The notes under the pieces were generated by a model. The model made no database searches. It was not told the origin of the DNA and was given only the letters and a program-made list of their open reading frames with translations. From Candidatus Methylacidiphilales bacterium (GTDB taxonomy: Bacteria > Verrucomicrobiota > Verrucomicrobiia > Methylacidiphilales > JANWVL01), in NCBI GenBank assembly GCA_025056655.1, contig JANWVL010000110.1, positions 10,035 to 74,034 of the forward strand: a DNA stretch of 64,000 bases, read 5' to 3'. Shown here in pieces: positions 53,540 to 62,921 of this stretch (the stretch's first letter is position 1; every line of letters starts with the position of its first letter). The position numbers and the translations under genes were made by a program.

Positions 53540-54394
53540 ATGCGCTTCTCTCCCTCACCGCCTCATTTAATCTGCATCCTTACTTTCCTTATCGCTCTTG
53601 CCTCCGATCAAGCAACAAAACACTGGGCGTGGCACGTCCTTCGCCTATCCGCTCCGATCCCCATCTTCCCCCCTCACTTGCATTTCACCTTCGCCCAAAA
53701 CACCGGCATCTCCTTCGGCCTATTTCAAGGAAACAACTCCGCCCTCATCCTCCTTACGACGGCACTCATCCTGCTAAGTCTCTTCATCGTACGACAACTC
53801 CCCTGGAGCCACCCCATCACCCCCATTTTTACAGCTCTCTTTTTTGCCGGTGCCGTCGGAAACCTAATAGACCGCATTCAATTCCATGGCGTCATCGATT
53901 TTATCGACATCCACATCCCCTGGATCCAATACCGATGGCCTACCTTCAACCTCGCAGACACTTTTATCTGCGTCGCCGTAGGCTTATTCATCCTACAGCA
54001 AATCTTTTTTCTCCCCCGCTCCATACCAAAAGGCTTCAGCCTCTTCGAAGTCATGTTAGCTGTCACAATCTTCGCCCTCGTAGTCATGGCCCTCGCACAA
54101 GCCTTGAAATCCTCTATCGAATCCACCACCCTCATTCAGAGAGAATTCATAGTGCGTCAACTTCTCCAAAACGCCCTTGCAGCCGCTCGCGTCGAGCCTC
54201 TCCGCACAGGTTCTTTCCCCATAAAAACAGATGACCCAGATTACACGCTCGAAAAACGAGTCGAGCAACTCAATTGGCAAAACCAAGACCAACAACCCCT
54301 TCAAGGCCTTTACCAAATCACCATCACCGCTTCGTGGAAAGAAGGCAACGACTCTCAACAAGCTCAAGCTTCACTTATTCTATACCAACCCTAA
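53540..54394 (+). CDS. lspA: lipoprotein signal peptidase II (LspA) fused in frame to a GspI-like pseudopilin domain
   Basis: Residues 1-~155 carry all LspA motifs: SDQATKHW, NTGISFG, GAVGNLIDR, VIDFI and FNLAD. Residues 160-284 begin RSIPKG|FSLFEVMLAVTIFALVVMALAQAL, a prepilin cleavage/methylation motif with Gly-1, Phe+1 and Glu+5. About 95 further aa follow. No stop codon and no ATG/GTG/TTG lies between the two parts. Confidence 0.8.
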   Translation: MRFSPSPPHLICILTFLIALASDQATKHWAWHVLRLSAPIPIFPPHLHFTFAQNTGISFGLFQGNNSALILLTTALILLSLFIVRQLPWSHPITPIFTALFFAGAVGNLIDRIQFHGVIDFIDIHIPWIQYRWPTFNLADTFICVAVGLFILQQIFFLPRSIPKGFSLFEVMLAVTIFALVVMALAQALKSSIESTTLIQREFIVRQLLQNALAAARVEPLRTGSFPIKTDDPDYTLEKRVEQLNWQNQDQQPLQGLYQITITASWKEGNDSQQAQASLILYQP

Positions 54395-54435
54395 AACCAA
54401 AAACCATAAAACCATAAAACCAAAACCAACTTCTC

Positions 54436-55560
54436 ATGCCCCATCCCGACCTACAATCTCTCATCAATCCTCACATTCTCAGCCTTCATCCTTACGAACC
54501 AGGTAAACCAATCGACGATGTCGCCCGCGAACTCGGGCTAGACCCTCGCACCATCATAAAATTGGCCTCGAACGAAAATCCACTCGGCCCGTCCCCTCGA
54601 GCCATTGAAGCCATGCAGGCGCATATTCACCAAATGCACATCTACCCCGACGGTGGAGCTTACCACCTGCGACAAGCCCTAGCCCAAAAACACAACATCC
54701 CCCCCGACCACATCGTCCTCGGCAACGGATCAAACGAAATTATCGAGCTAGCCTTCCACGCTTTCACCGCCCCCAATCAAAACCAAAACGTGATCGCCTC
54801 CCGTTACGCTTTCGTGGTCTACAAGCTCATGGCACAACTCTTCAACATCCCCTTTATTGAAACGCCAGACCGCCACCTACACCATGACCTCTCGGCTATT
54901 TACAACGCCATCACCCCACACACCAAACTCATCTTCATCGCAAACCCCAACAACCCCACAGGCACGCGTATTCCTAATGACCAACTGCTTTCGTTCATTC
55001 AATCTTTGCCCCCCCACGTAATTCTTTGCCTCGATGAAGCATACTATGAGTTTCTTGAAGACCCCCTCCCTTCAATTGATCTCGTTCGTCAAGGATATCC
55101 TATCATCGTCATGCGCACCTTCTCAAAAATTCAGGGTCTAGCAGGCCTACGAATCGGTTACGGCGTCTGCCCTCCCGCAATAGCTGATGCACTTCAGCGA
55201 TCTCGCCAGCCTTTCAACACCAATGCGCTAGCGCAAGCCGCCGCTCTGGCAGCTCTCCAAGATGAAAACCATCTCCACCGCACCCTCGATAACAACCGCC
55301 AAGGACGCCAGCTCCTCGAAGAGACGTTCAAAGCGTGGCAGCTTCCCTATCTCCCGACCTCCGCCAATTTCGTTCTCGTAAAAACCGGCAACGGAGCTCA
55401 CACCTTTCAATCCCTACTCAAACGAGGAATCATCGTTCGGTCTATGGTGCCCTACGGCCTCCCCGAATGGATACGAGTCACGATCGGCACCCCAGAGCAA
55501 AACCAACGGTTTTTAGAAAACCTAAAAGAATTACTATTCAACACCCACAGCCGATCATGA
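54436..55560 (+). CDS. hisC: histidinol-phosphate / aromatic aminotransferase (class II)
   Basis: 374 aa. LHPYEPGKPIDDVARELG...IKLASNENPLGPSP and the PLP-Lys context MRTFSKIQGLAGLRIGY are present. Confidence 0.9.
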   Translation: MPHPDLQSLINPHILSLHPYEPGKPIDDVARELGLDPRTIIKLASNENPLGPSPRAIEAMQAHIHQMHIYPDGGAYHLRQALAQKHNIPPDHIVLGNGSNEIIELAFHAFTAPNQNQNVIASRYAFVVYKLMAQLFNIPFIETPDRHLHHDLSAIYNAITPHTKLIFIANPNNPTGTRIPNDQLLSFIQSLPPHVILCLDEAYYEFLEDPLPSIDLVRQGYPIIVMRTFSKIQGLAGLRIGYGVCPPAIADALQRSRQPFNTNALAQAAALAALQDENHLHRTLDNNRQGRQLLEETFKAWQLPYLPTSANFVLVKTGNGAHTFQSLLKRGIIVRSMVPYGLPEWIRVTIGTPEQNQRFLENLKELLFNTHSRS

Positions 55561-56396
55561 TCACCACAGCGATTCTTGGTGCAGGACTGCTCGGTGGCTC
55601 ACTCGCCCTAGCTCTCAGAAACACGCGTCGTGTCATCCTTTATGCCCGTCGGCCGGAGGCCATCGCGCAACTCCATCAAGTCGGCTTAGCAGCAACTTCT
55701 GATCCGCATGAAGCAGTAAGCAATGCTCAAGAAATCCTCTTCTGTGTTCCAGCACAAGCCACGATCCAATTAGCCCGACAGCTCCGTGTTACTATTCGCC
55801 CCGGCAGCTTCATCACCGACGTGGTCAGCACCAAGACAAATATCGTCCGCGTCCTTCAACCCCTATTTAAAAACCACGCCTATTTTGTCGGCAGCCATCC
55901 CATGGCCGGCAGTGAGAAAAGCGGGTTTTCCGCAGCACGAGCCGATCTTTTTCAAGACGCAAATGTCATCCTTACCCCCACACGTTTCACTCCACAACCA
56001 GCGGTTGCTTGGGCCACAGAATTCTGGAAATCCCTACACATGCATGTCCACTTGTTAAGTCCCCGAGCGCACGATCAAGCAGTAGCTCAAATTAGTCATC
56101 TCCCCCATCTCATCGCAGCAACGCTAGTAGCATCCGCATCTCCACAAGCGATATTGCTTGCAGGGCCGGGATTTAGAGACACAACACGCATCGCAGCTAG
56201 TTCACCCGATCTGTGGACTGAAATCTTCCTCGATAACGCCCCCTCCACAATTAAGGCCACAGAAACCTTTGTCCGAAACCTGCGGCAACTAATTCAAGCT
56301 ATCCGCAAAAAAAACTCCAAGAAACTCCTCCAATACTTATCATCTGCCGCCAAAAAACGTGTGCCTCTCACAGCACAGCACCCCCCAATTAAATGA
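55557..56396 (+). CDS. tyrA: prephenate dehydrogenase
   Basis: It starts MITTAILGAGLLGGSLALAL (Rossmann fold) and contains GSHPMAGSEKSG. It has an ATGA overlap with the hisC stop. The 222-nt N-terminal extension in the track ORF (from 55335) overlaps hisC in another frame and is rejected. Confidence 0.88.
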   Translation: MITTAILGAGLLGGSLALALRNTRRVILYARRPEAIAQLHQVGLAATSDPHEAVSNAQEILFCVPAQATIQLARQLRVTIRPGSFITDVVSTKTNIVRVLQPLFKNHAYFVGSHPMAGSEKSGFSAARADLFQDANVILTPTRFTPQPAVAWATEFWKSLHMHVHLLSPRAHDQAVAQISHLPHLIAATLVASASPQAILLAGPGFRDTTRIAASSPDLWTEIFLDNAPSTIKATETFVRNLRQLIQAIRKKNSKKLLQYLSSAAKKRVPLTAQHPPIK

Positions 56397-58468
56397 AATC
56401 GATAGTCGTCAACCCTATCTATCAAATTCATGGCTCCATCACCCTTCCCGGCGACTATGTCATTTCACAGGTAAATCTTATCGTTGCTGCCCTCGCACAT
56501 GGAGAAACACAGATTCAAGGATTCCTGAATAATCCTGACTGCCTCTTAACCGCCAGAGCCATGCAAGCCTTTGGCGCACAGATTGACTTCGGTATGGACA
56601 ACCTCCTCCTCGTCCGAGGCACAAACCTTAAACTTCACGCCTCATGGGAACCTATCAACTGTGGCCAATCACGCCTCCTCCTATCCCTCCTCACAGGCCT
56701 TTTAGCAGGCCAACCATTTGTATCAAAGCTCTACGGCAATTATGAGCTCACTCAAGAACCTATCACCGATATCATTCAATGCCTTCACTCATCGGGAGCT
56801 CGAATCCAATCCGCCAACAATAACTACACAGCTCCTCTCACCATCCGTGGACAAGTTCTATCAGCACGCGAATTCACTCTTTCAGTCCCAGACCCTGTTG
56901 TAAAATATGCGCTTATCTTAGGAGGACTCTACGCAGATGGCGTCACCACAATATATGAGCAAGCTCCGTGTGCAAATCACCTCGAAAATGCCCTCGCCCA
57001 TTTTCATTCCCCTCCAGTTATTGAAAACAAACAAATCAAAATCTTCGGTCGCCCCACTCTTCACAACGAAGACATATCGATCCCAGGAGATTTTTCCATA
57101 GCCTCAGCTTGGATCATTGCTTCCGCCTTTCTTCCTGGCTCAAATCTCACAATCCACAACGTCGGCCTGAATCCCATGCGCACAGGCTTACTCACAGTTC
57201 TGTTGCGTATGGGAGCACGCATACGAGAGACTATCGAAATCAAACACGCCGAACCTGTAGGCTCACTCCATATTCAAGGCACCACACTACGAGGTATCGA
57301 ATTCAGCATACATCAAATGGCAATCCCTCTTGAAGATCTTCCACTCGTCTGCGTCGCTGCAGCTCTAGCAGAAGGACCTACCATAATTAAAGACGTCCAC
57401 ACACTCCCACCCCGCCACCGCCAAGCCCTAAACGCAATGTGCGAAAATCTAAAAATATTTGGATTGAACGTCGAAGAAAACTTCGAAGGGCTCTGCATCG
57501 AGCGAACCACTACCATACAAGCAGGACGCATTTCATCCCACGGAGACTTCTCCGTCGGCCTTGCCTCAATCATTCTTTCCCTTTTTGCCAAAGGCAGTTC
57601 TCTCGTAGAGGACATCGATTGTGTCATCCACCGTTACCCCACATTCCATCAGCATTGGTCTCATCTAGTAGAAGATTCCATCGGATCATGGCAACGTTGG
57701 ATATTTCCCGCGTCCTCAGCACTCCCCAAAATTAAAACTTCCCGCGACAAAATTCCTCCTCGCAACCAATTCATAAAACTTCCTCCACAAAGATCAGCTG
57801 TGGAAAAAATAAATCCCCTCGTTGTTTCCTATCCAGTTATTGCAATCGACGGACCTGCAGCATCCGGCAAAAGCACGGTTGCTTATGAACTCGCCTCCAT
57901 TCTTCGCTACGCCTACATCAGCACAGGTGCAATGTATCGAGCAATCACATACAAATTCCTTCAAGAGTCCGTGAATCTCGAAAATCCAGACGAGATCCAA
58001 AAAACCCTTTCCGAAATGGACTTCCAATGTTTGATCCGCGAAGGAAGATTGGTCATCATCATCGATGGCGAAAATCCCGATCCATACCTCCGCCAGAGTC
58101 AAGTAAACAAATACGTCTCTACAGTTGCCTCTCTACCGCTAGTGCGCGCCTACCTTCTCGAAAAACAGCGCGCCCTTGCACAACAAGCTCCCCTCGTCAT
58201 GGAAGGTCGTGATATCGGCACCGCTGTCTTCCCCTCCACACCATACAAATTCTACATCGATGCTGATGCAGAAGTTCGCTACGCTCGACGCCTAAATCAA
58301 GGAGAGACAGACCTGCTCCGTGAACGTGACTTTCTCGACAGCACTCGAGCTACAGCCCCTCTGCAACAAGCACCCGATGCAATCCTCATAGACAGCACTA
58401 ACCTCACCGTCCGACAAACCGTAGACCAAATCCTCAAAAAACTCCAAGAGCTCGGCCTCAAATGGTAA
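56393..58468 (+). CDS. aroA: bifunctional 3-phosphoshikimate 1-carboxyvinyltransferase / cytidylate kinase (AroA-Cmk fusion)
   Basis: The 691-aa single ORF has an EPSP-synthase-like fold in the N-terminal ~430 aa (LPGDYVISQVNLIVAALAHGETQIQGFLNNPDCLLTARAM...). A ~45-aa linker follows, then Cmk (VIAIDGPAASGKSTVAYELA...YISTGAMYRAITY...VMEGRDIGT). It has an ATGA overlap with tyrA. Confidence 0.85.
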   Translation: MKSIVVNPIYQIHGSITLPGDYVISQVNLIVAALAHGETQIQGFLNNPDCLLTARAMQAFGAQIDFGMDNLLLVRGTNLKLHASWEPINCGQSRLLLSLLTGLLAGQPFVSKLYGNYELTQEPITDIIQCLHSSGARIQSANNNYTAPLTIRGQVLSAREFTLSVPDPVVKYALILGGLYADGVTTIYEQAPCANHLENALAHFHSPPVIENKQIKIFGRPTLHNEDISIPGDFSIASAWIIASAFLPGSNLTIHNVGLNPMRTGLLTVLLRMGARIRETIEIKHAEPVGSLHIQGTTLRGIEFSIHQMAIPLEDLPLVCVAAALAEGPTIIKDVHTLPPRHRQALNAMCENLKIFGLNVEENFEGLCIERTTTIQAGRISSHGDFSVGLASIILSLFAKGSSLVEDIDCVIHRYPTFHQHWSHLVEDSIGSWQRWIFPASSALPKIKTSRDKIPPRNQFIKLPPQRSAVEKINPLVVSYPVIAIDGPAASGKSTVAYELASILRYAYISTGAMYRAITYKFLQESVNLENPDEIQKTLSEMDFQCLIREGRLVIIIDGENPDPYLRQSQVNKYVSTVASLPLVRAYLLEKQRALAQQAPLVMEGRDIGTAVFPSTPYKFYIDADAEVRYARRLNQGETDLLRERDFLDSTRATAPLQQAPDAILIDSTNLTVRQTVDQILKKLQELGLKW

Positions 58469-59091
58469 ACACGACTTCCCAAGCCTCCTGGTGGTATGAC
58501 TTCTCCCATGGTATAGCCTATCACTTCTTCACTCATGCATTCGACACTGAAGCACGCTACCTAAGCCCCATTCCATCTACAGGAGGGCTGCTAGTCGTTA
58601 GCAACCACTTGTCCTTCCTTGATCCGCCGGTTGTCGCCGCTTTCCTTAAGCGGCCGGTCTACTTTGTCGCACGAAAAACACTATTCCGCCACCCACTTTT
58701 TGCGCGCTTGATCAGCTCGCTTCATGCTTTTCCCATAGATCAAGATAACCCCGATATAGCTTCACTCCGCCGCATCCTGAAACACCTTGATGAGGGACAC
58801 GCCGTCCTACTCTTTCCCGAAGGATCTCGCAGTATGAATGGCCTCCCGCAGCCCCCACAACCTGGAGTCGGCTGGATCGCATTGAAAGCTAGGGTTCCCA
58901 TCCTACCCGTAAAAATTAAAGGCACATTTGAGATCTTACCGCGTGGAAGGACCACCTTAAAATATCATCCGTTGAAAATCACATACGGCACACCACGCCC
59001 TTTGCCAGCTATATTTGAACAGTCGAAAGGAAAAGACACCTACTTTCAGATTGCACAATACTTGATGCAGGAAATTGCAGCACTTCCCTAG
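58462..59091 (+). CDS. plsC: 1-acyl-sn-glycerol-3-phosphate acyltransferase
   Basis: It carries the H-x4-D motif (VSNHLSFLDPP) and the FPEGSRS and PILPV blocks of the LPLAT family. It overlaps the aroA-cmk stop by 7 nt. Confidence 0.85.
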   Translation: MVNTTSQASWWYDFSHGIAYHFFTHAFDTEARYLSPIPSTGGLLVVSNHLSFLDPPVVAAFLKRPVYFVARKTLFRHPLFARLISSLHAFPIDQDNPDIASLRRILKHLDEGHAVLLFPEGSRSMNGLPQPPQPGVGWIALKARVPILPVKIKGTFEILPRGRTTLKYHPLKITYGTPRPLPAIFEQSKGKDTYFQIAQYLMQEIAALP

Positions 59092-59107
59092 CGCTCCTCC
59101 AAAATTT

Positions 59108-60031
59108 ATGTCCTCACTTACCCTCCTCATCATGGCTGCTGGCCTTGGAAGCCGATACGGAGGCTTAAAACAACTCGCCACCTTCGGTCCGCAAGGTCAG
59201 CGCATCATCGACTATTCCATATACGACGCCATGCGCTATGGCTTTAGCGAAGTCCTCTTCATCATCCGTGAGGACATCTATGATGTCTTCTACGACAATA
59301 TTCTTCGCCCTTGGTCCCATCACATCTCCTGCCGCGTAGTTTTTCAAAGAACAGATGACCTCCCTACCAAATTTCAACACCTCGCCTCGACCCGCACAAA
59401 ACCCTGGGGGACAGCACATGCCGTCTATGCCGCACGAAAAGCTATACAAAACCCATTTGCGATCATCAACGCCGATGACTTTTACGGCCAAAAAACCTTC
59501 GAAATTTTAGCTCATCATCTTCGTAAACTCGGTCCCCACTCCTCAGAAGGCTTTTTAATTTCCTTTTTGCTTCGACACACCCTATCCCCACACGGGCAAG
59601 TCTCTCGTGGCCTTTGCAAATTAAATCCAGATGGGACTCTAGCTCATATCGAAGAATACACAAAAATCCACATCAACCCCGATGGAAATTTGACGGGGAT
59701 CTCCTCAGAAGGTAACCAACACACTCTCTCCCCTGACACACCGGTCTCAATGAATGTCTGGGGATTCTCCCCTGTTTTTTTTCATTTCCTTGAAAAATCT
59801 CTACACACTTTCCTACAGCATCTCCTAGAAGACCCCGATCCTGGCGCAGAATTCGGCCTCCCAACCGTTATCGAGGAACATATCTCCATTCAAAACCTCA
59901 CAGTCCGTGTCTATCCTACCACAGCTCATTGGTTCGGCGTTACCCATCCAGAAGACCGTCCTTATGTTGAAAAAGCCCTGGCAGAGCTTGCTCGCCAAAA
60001 CCTCTATCCCTCCTCATTACCTCCTCGCTAA
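59108..60031 (+). CDS. sugar-phosphate nucleotidyltransferase-family protein
   Basis: The N-terminal LIMAAGLGSRYGGLKQL (GxGxR-x5-K signature) and the later INADDFYG motif are present. The track start at 59075 overlaps plsC, and an ATG lies at 59108. Confidence 0.7.
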   Translation: MSSLTLLIMAAGLGSRYGGLKQLATFGPQGQRIIDYSIYDAMRYGFSEVLFIIREDIYDVFYDNILRPWSHHISCRVVFQRTDDLPTKFQHLASTRTKPWGTAHAVYAARKAIQNPFAIINADDFYGQKTFEILAHHLRKLGPHSSEGFLISFLLRHTLSPHGQVSRGLCKLNPDGTLAHIEEYTKIHINPDGNLTGISSEGNQHTLSPDTPVSMNVWGFSPVFFHFLEKSLHTFLQHLLEDPDPGAEFGLPTVIEEHISIQNLTVRVYPTTAHWFGVTHPEDRPYVEKALAELARQNLYPSSLPPR

Positions 60032-60112
60032 ATCACTCACCAAAAACCTTTTGCTCTTTCACTGCGTTAATCATCGCTCAGTGCCTTAAATTTATCTATA
60101 CACCTTAACCCT

Positions 60113-61588
60113 ATGCACACGCCGTCTTCATCACCTCCCGAACCAGAGCTTATCCGACTGCGCAGAGAAAAACTCAAGACATGGCAAAGCCTCGGTTATG
60201 ATCCTTTCGGCCAAGCCTACCCAGGCACATCGCCCATCCAGAAAATTCTCGATAATTTCACCCCCGATGCCCCAGCCAAAGCGGCAGGACGACTCATCAG
60301 CTTCCGTGATATGGGAAAATCCATATTCGGTCACATCCAAGATGAAACTGGGCGCATCCAAGTCTACGCGAATCCTCAATCCTTAGGTGAAAAACTTGAA
60401 CATTTCAGACTCCTTGATCTCGCTGATTGGATCGGAGTCGAAGGACAACTCTTTGTCACAAAAACAGGCGAGCGCACCATCCGCGTGACAGCCTTCACCC
60501 TCCTTGGCAAAGCTATACGACCCCTCCCCTCACAATGGCATGGACTAAATGATCCTGAGACTCGATATCGACAACGTTACCTCGACATGGTGATCAACCG
60601 TTCGGTAACTCAGACCCTCATCACGAGAAGCCGCATAATTAAAGCTATACGGAACTACTTAGATGAACGGGGGTTTATCGAAGTCGAGACTCCAATGATG
60701 CAGACGATCGCAGGAGGAGCAGCCGCTCAACCTTTCCTCACTCATCACAACGCACTCAATATCCCTCTCTTCCTCCGCATTGCTCCAGAACTTTATCTCA
60801 AAAGGCTACTCGTCGGGGGATTTACCAAAATCTACGAGATCAATCGCAATTTCCGAAATGAAGGCATATCGCGAAAGCACAATCCCGAATTCACCATGCT
60901 CGAAGCTTACTGGGCTTATGCTGATTACCAAATCATGGCTGAGCTCCTCGAAAACCTCATCACTCATGTCGCGCAGACTGTGATCGGTTCTCTAATTATT
61001 TCCCCCCAAAAAAACGACGCCACTAGCTCATCCTCTACTGATACGATTGATCTCACACCCCCATGGCCTCGCAAAACCTACAGACAATGCATCCTCGAAG
61101 TCGCCGGTGAGGATTGGTATCAACTCAGCATAGAAGAACAACGACAACGTTGCACCGCTCTTGGTGTAGACATTTTACCTCACCATACCCCAGCTGAATA
61201 CACCCAATTAATCTTTGAAAAGTTGGTCGAATCCAGAACAGTTAATCCTCTTTTCGTTACCCATCTGCCCAAGGAACTCGTCCCGCTTGCCAAGCAAAAT
61301 AAGGACAACCCAGATGTCGTCGATGTGTTTGAGCTGATCATCAATCGACAAGAGATTGCGCCCGGCTACACCGAATTAAATGACCCAATCACCCAACGTC
61401 GCCGACTCGAAGAACAGGTCGGCGAAGAAACCCAAAAGATCGACGAAGACTTCCTTCTCGCACTCGAGCATGGCATGCCAGCGGCCGGAGGAATCGGACT
61501 AGGGATCGATCGCCTCGTTATGCTGCTCACCGGAGCTGAATCTATCCGGGACGTGATAGCTTTCCCCTTGTTGCGCCCGAAGCCATAA
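60113..61588 (+). CDS. lysS: lysine--tRNA ligase (class II)
   Basis: An OB-fold anticodon-binding part (GRLISFRDMGKSIFGHIQDETGRIQVY) is followed by class II motifs: RQRYLD, FIEVETPMMQ, YEINRNFRNEGISRKHNPEFTMLE and GGIGLGIDRLVMLLTG. Confidence 0.95.
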   Translation: MHTPSSSPPEPELIRLRREKLKTWQSLGYDPFGQAYPGTSPIQKILDNFTPDAPAKAAGRLISFRDMGKSIFGHIQDETGRIQVYANPQSLGEKLEHFRLLDLADWIGVEGQLFVTKTGERTIRVTAFTLLGKAIRPLPSQWHGLNDPETRYRQRYLDMVINRSVTQTLITRSRIIKAIRNYLDERGFIEVETPMMQTIAGGAAAQPFLTHHNALNIPLFLRIAPELYLKRLLVGGFTKIYEINRNFRNEGISRKHNPEFTMLEAYWAYADYQIMAELLENLITHVAQTVIGSLIISPQKNDATSSSSTDTIDLTPPWPRKTYRQCILEVAGEDWYQLSIEEQRQRCTALGVDILPHHTPAEYTQLIFEKLVESRTVNPLFVTHLPKELVPLAKQNKDNPDVVDVFELIINRQEIAPGYTELNDPITQRRRLEEQVGEETQKIDEDFLLALEHGMPAAGGIGLGIDRLVMLLTGAESIRDVIAFPLLRPKP

Positions 61589-61592
61589 CACC

Positions 61593-62921
61593 ATGCCACC
61601 AGGAATCTACAACGCCTATCTTTTTCAGCTCCTGAATACGATCTCATACAGCATCGTCGCTGGTGTGCCAATGATGCTTTATGTGCAGAATCTAGGAGCA
61701 TCGGCAGCGATCATCGCGATCATTGGCGCATTGCCTAACTTGCTGAATATCCTTCAAATCCCCGCAGCTTACTATCTGGAGAGAATAGGTTATCGCCTTT
61801 TTGTATTAAGGGGTTGGTCAATTCGCACCATCTTTATTCTTGCGATCGCTGGGATAGCGTTTTGGCCCCGATTGGATTCCTCTACACGTCTTGGGCTTAC
61901 ACTTTTCCTCTATGCCGGATACAACATAGCTCGAGGCTTTTCAGTAGCTGGTTTCTTGCCTTGGGTTGCAAGCATAGTCCCCGAAGAGCAACGAGGACGT
62001 TTCCTCTCTATAGACCAATTTTGCATGAATTTGGGGGCCTTAATGAATCTCGTCGCAATAGCGTTATTCGTTCACCAAGACACATCGCTTCGTGAATTTG
62101 GAATACTATTTTCCGTGAGTTTTTTTTCCGCGCTCGGCAGCCTTTATTTCTTGAATAAAATGCCTGATGCCCCACCAGCCACAGTGTCTAAGACCAGTGA
62201 GCCTGTGCCATGGAGAGTGATGCTGAAGTATGCCCCTTTTCAACGAATCGTGATTTATTCGACGATCATACACGTAACATTTGCAGGTATGAGTTTTATC
62301 TGGGTGCCGATGACTAAAAACTGTTTCGGCTTCAACGACGCGCACATTCTCTTACTCGGCGCCTCCGGAAGCGCTATGGCCATGATCGCCCTTAGCCTCG
62401 GTGGAGCAGTGATTGATCGCGTCGGCAATCGGAAGTTGCTCTTATTTTCTCTGTTAATCACTGCCTTACACCTCATAGGATGGGCTTCTCTTGCATCCTC
62501 GATTCTCCCTCTAAATGCTTATACTTTAGCATTCCAACAGATAACTGCAGGGTTTGCAGCCCCCCTTTTCACGTTAGCCAATAGCCGCAGCCTCATGGCG
62601 ACTATTCCTCAGATGGGGCGTAGTCATTTTTTCGCCATCTATAGCGTTGTAACAAGCTTGATATTAGGAATCGTGCCAGTTCTGTGGGGCTTAATTTTAG
62701 ATACATTCAAGGATCTCAATATTGTGCAAGGAAGGATTTCATTAAACGCATTTTCGTCTGTCTACATTCTGATGGCGGGAGTGGCGGCTGTGGCTTTTTT
62801 TCAAGCGACAAAGATACAAGAGCCGCGGCGAATGACGACAGATGAATTCTTACGTGAGCTCTTCATCAAAACCCCCGCACGCGCTCTTTCACGTATTTTC
62901 ACAAGACGCTCAATTCCATGA
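61593..62921 (+). CDS. MFS-type transporter
   Basis: 442 aa with ~12 TM helices in a 6+6 arrangement. The specific substrate is not inferable. Confidence 0.7.
   Translation: MPPGIYNAYLFQLLNTISYSIVAGVPMMLYVQNLGASAAIIAIIGALPNLLNILQIPAAYYLERIGYRLFVLRGWSIRTIFILAIAGIAFWPRLDSSTRLGLTLFLYAGYNIARGFSVAGFLPWVASIVPEEQRGRFLSIDQFCMNLGALMNLVAIALFVHQDTSLREFGILFSVSFFSALGSLYFLNKMPDAPPATVSKTSEPVPWRVMLKYAPFQRIVIYSTIIHVTFAGMSFIWVPMTKNCFGFNDAHILLLGASGSAMAMIALSLGGAVIDRVGNRKLLLFSLLITALHLIGWASLASSILPLNAYTLAFQQITAGFAAPLFTLANSRSLMATIPQMGRSHFFAIYSVVTSLILGIVPVLWGLILDTFKDLNIVQGRISLNAFSSVYILMAGVAAVAFFQATKIQEPRRMTTDEFLRELFIKTPARALSRIFTRRSIP

Noticed and set aside
53629-54234. 201-aa ORF overlapping the lspA-pseudopilin gene in another frame
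   Set aside because: Same composition artefact, giving a Pro/His/Arg-rich product. The overlapped frame carries all LspA and pilin motifs.
55335-55556. 74-codon N-terminal extension of the tyrA ORF
   Set aside because: It overlaps the hisC 3' end out of frame and encodes basic low-complexity sequence. The Rossmann motif begins right after the ATG at 55557, which forms an ATGA junction with hisC.
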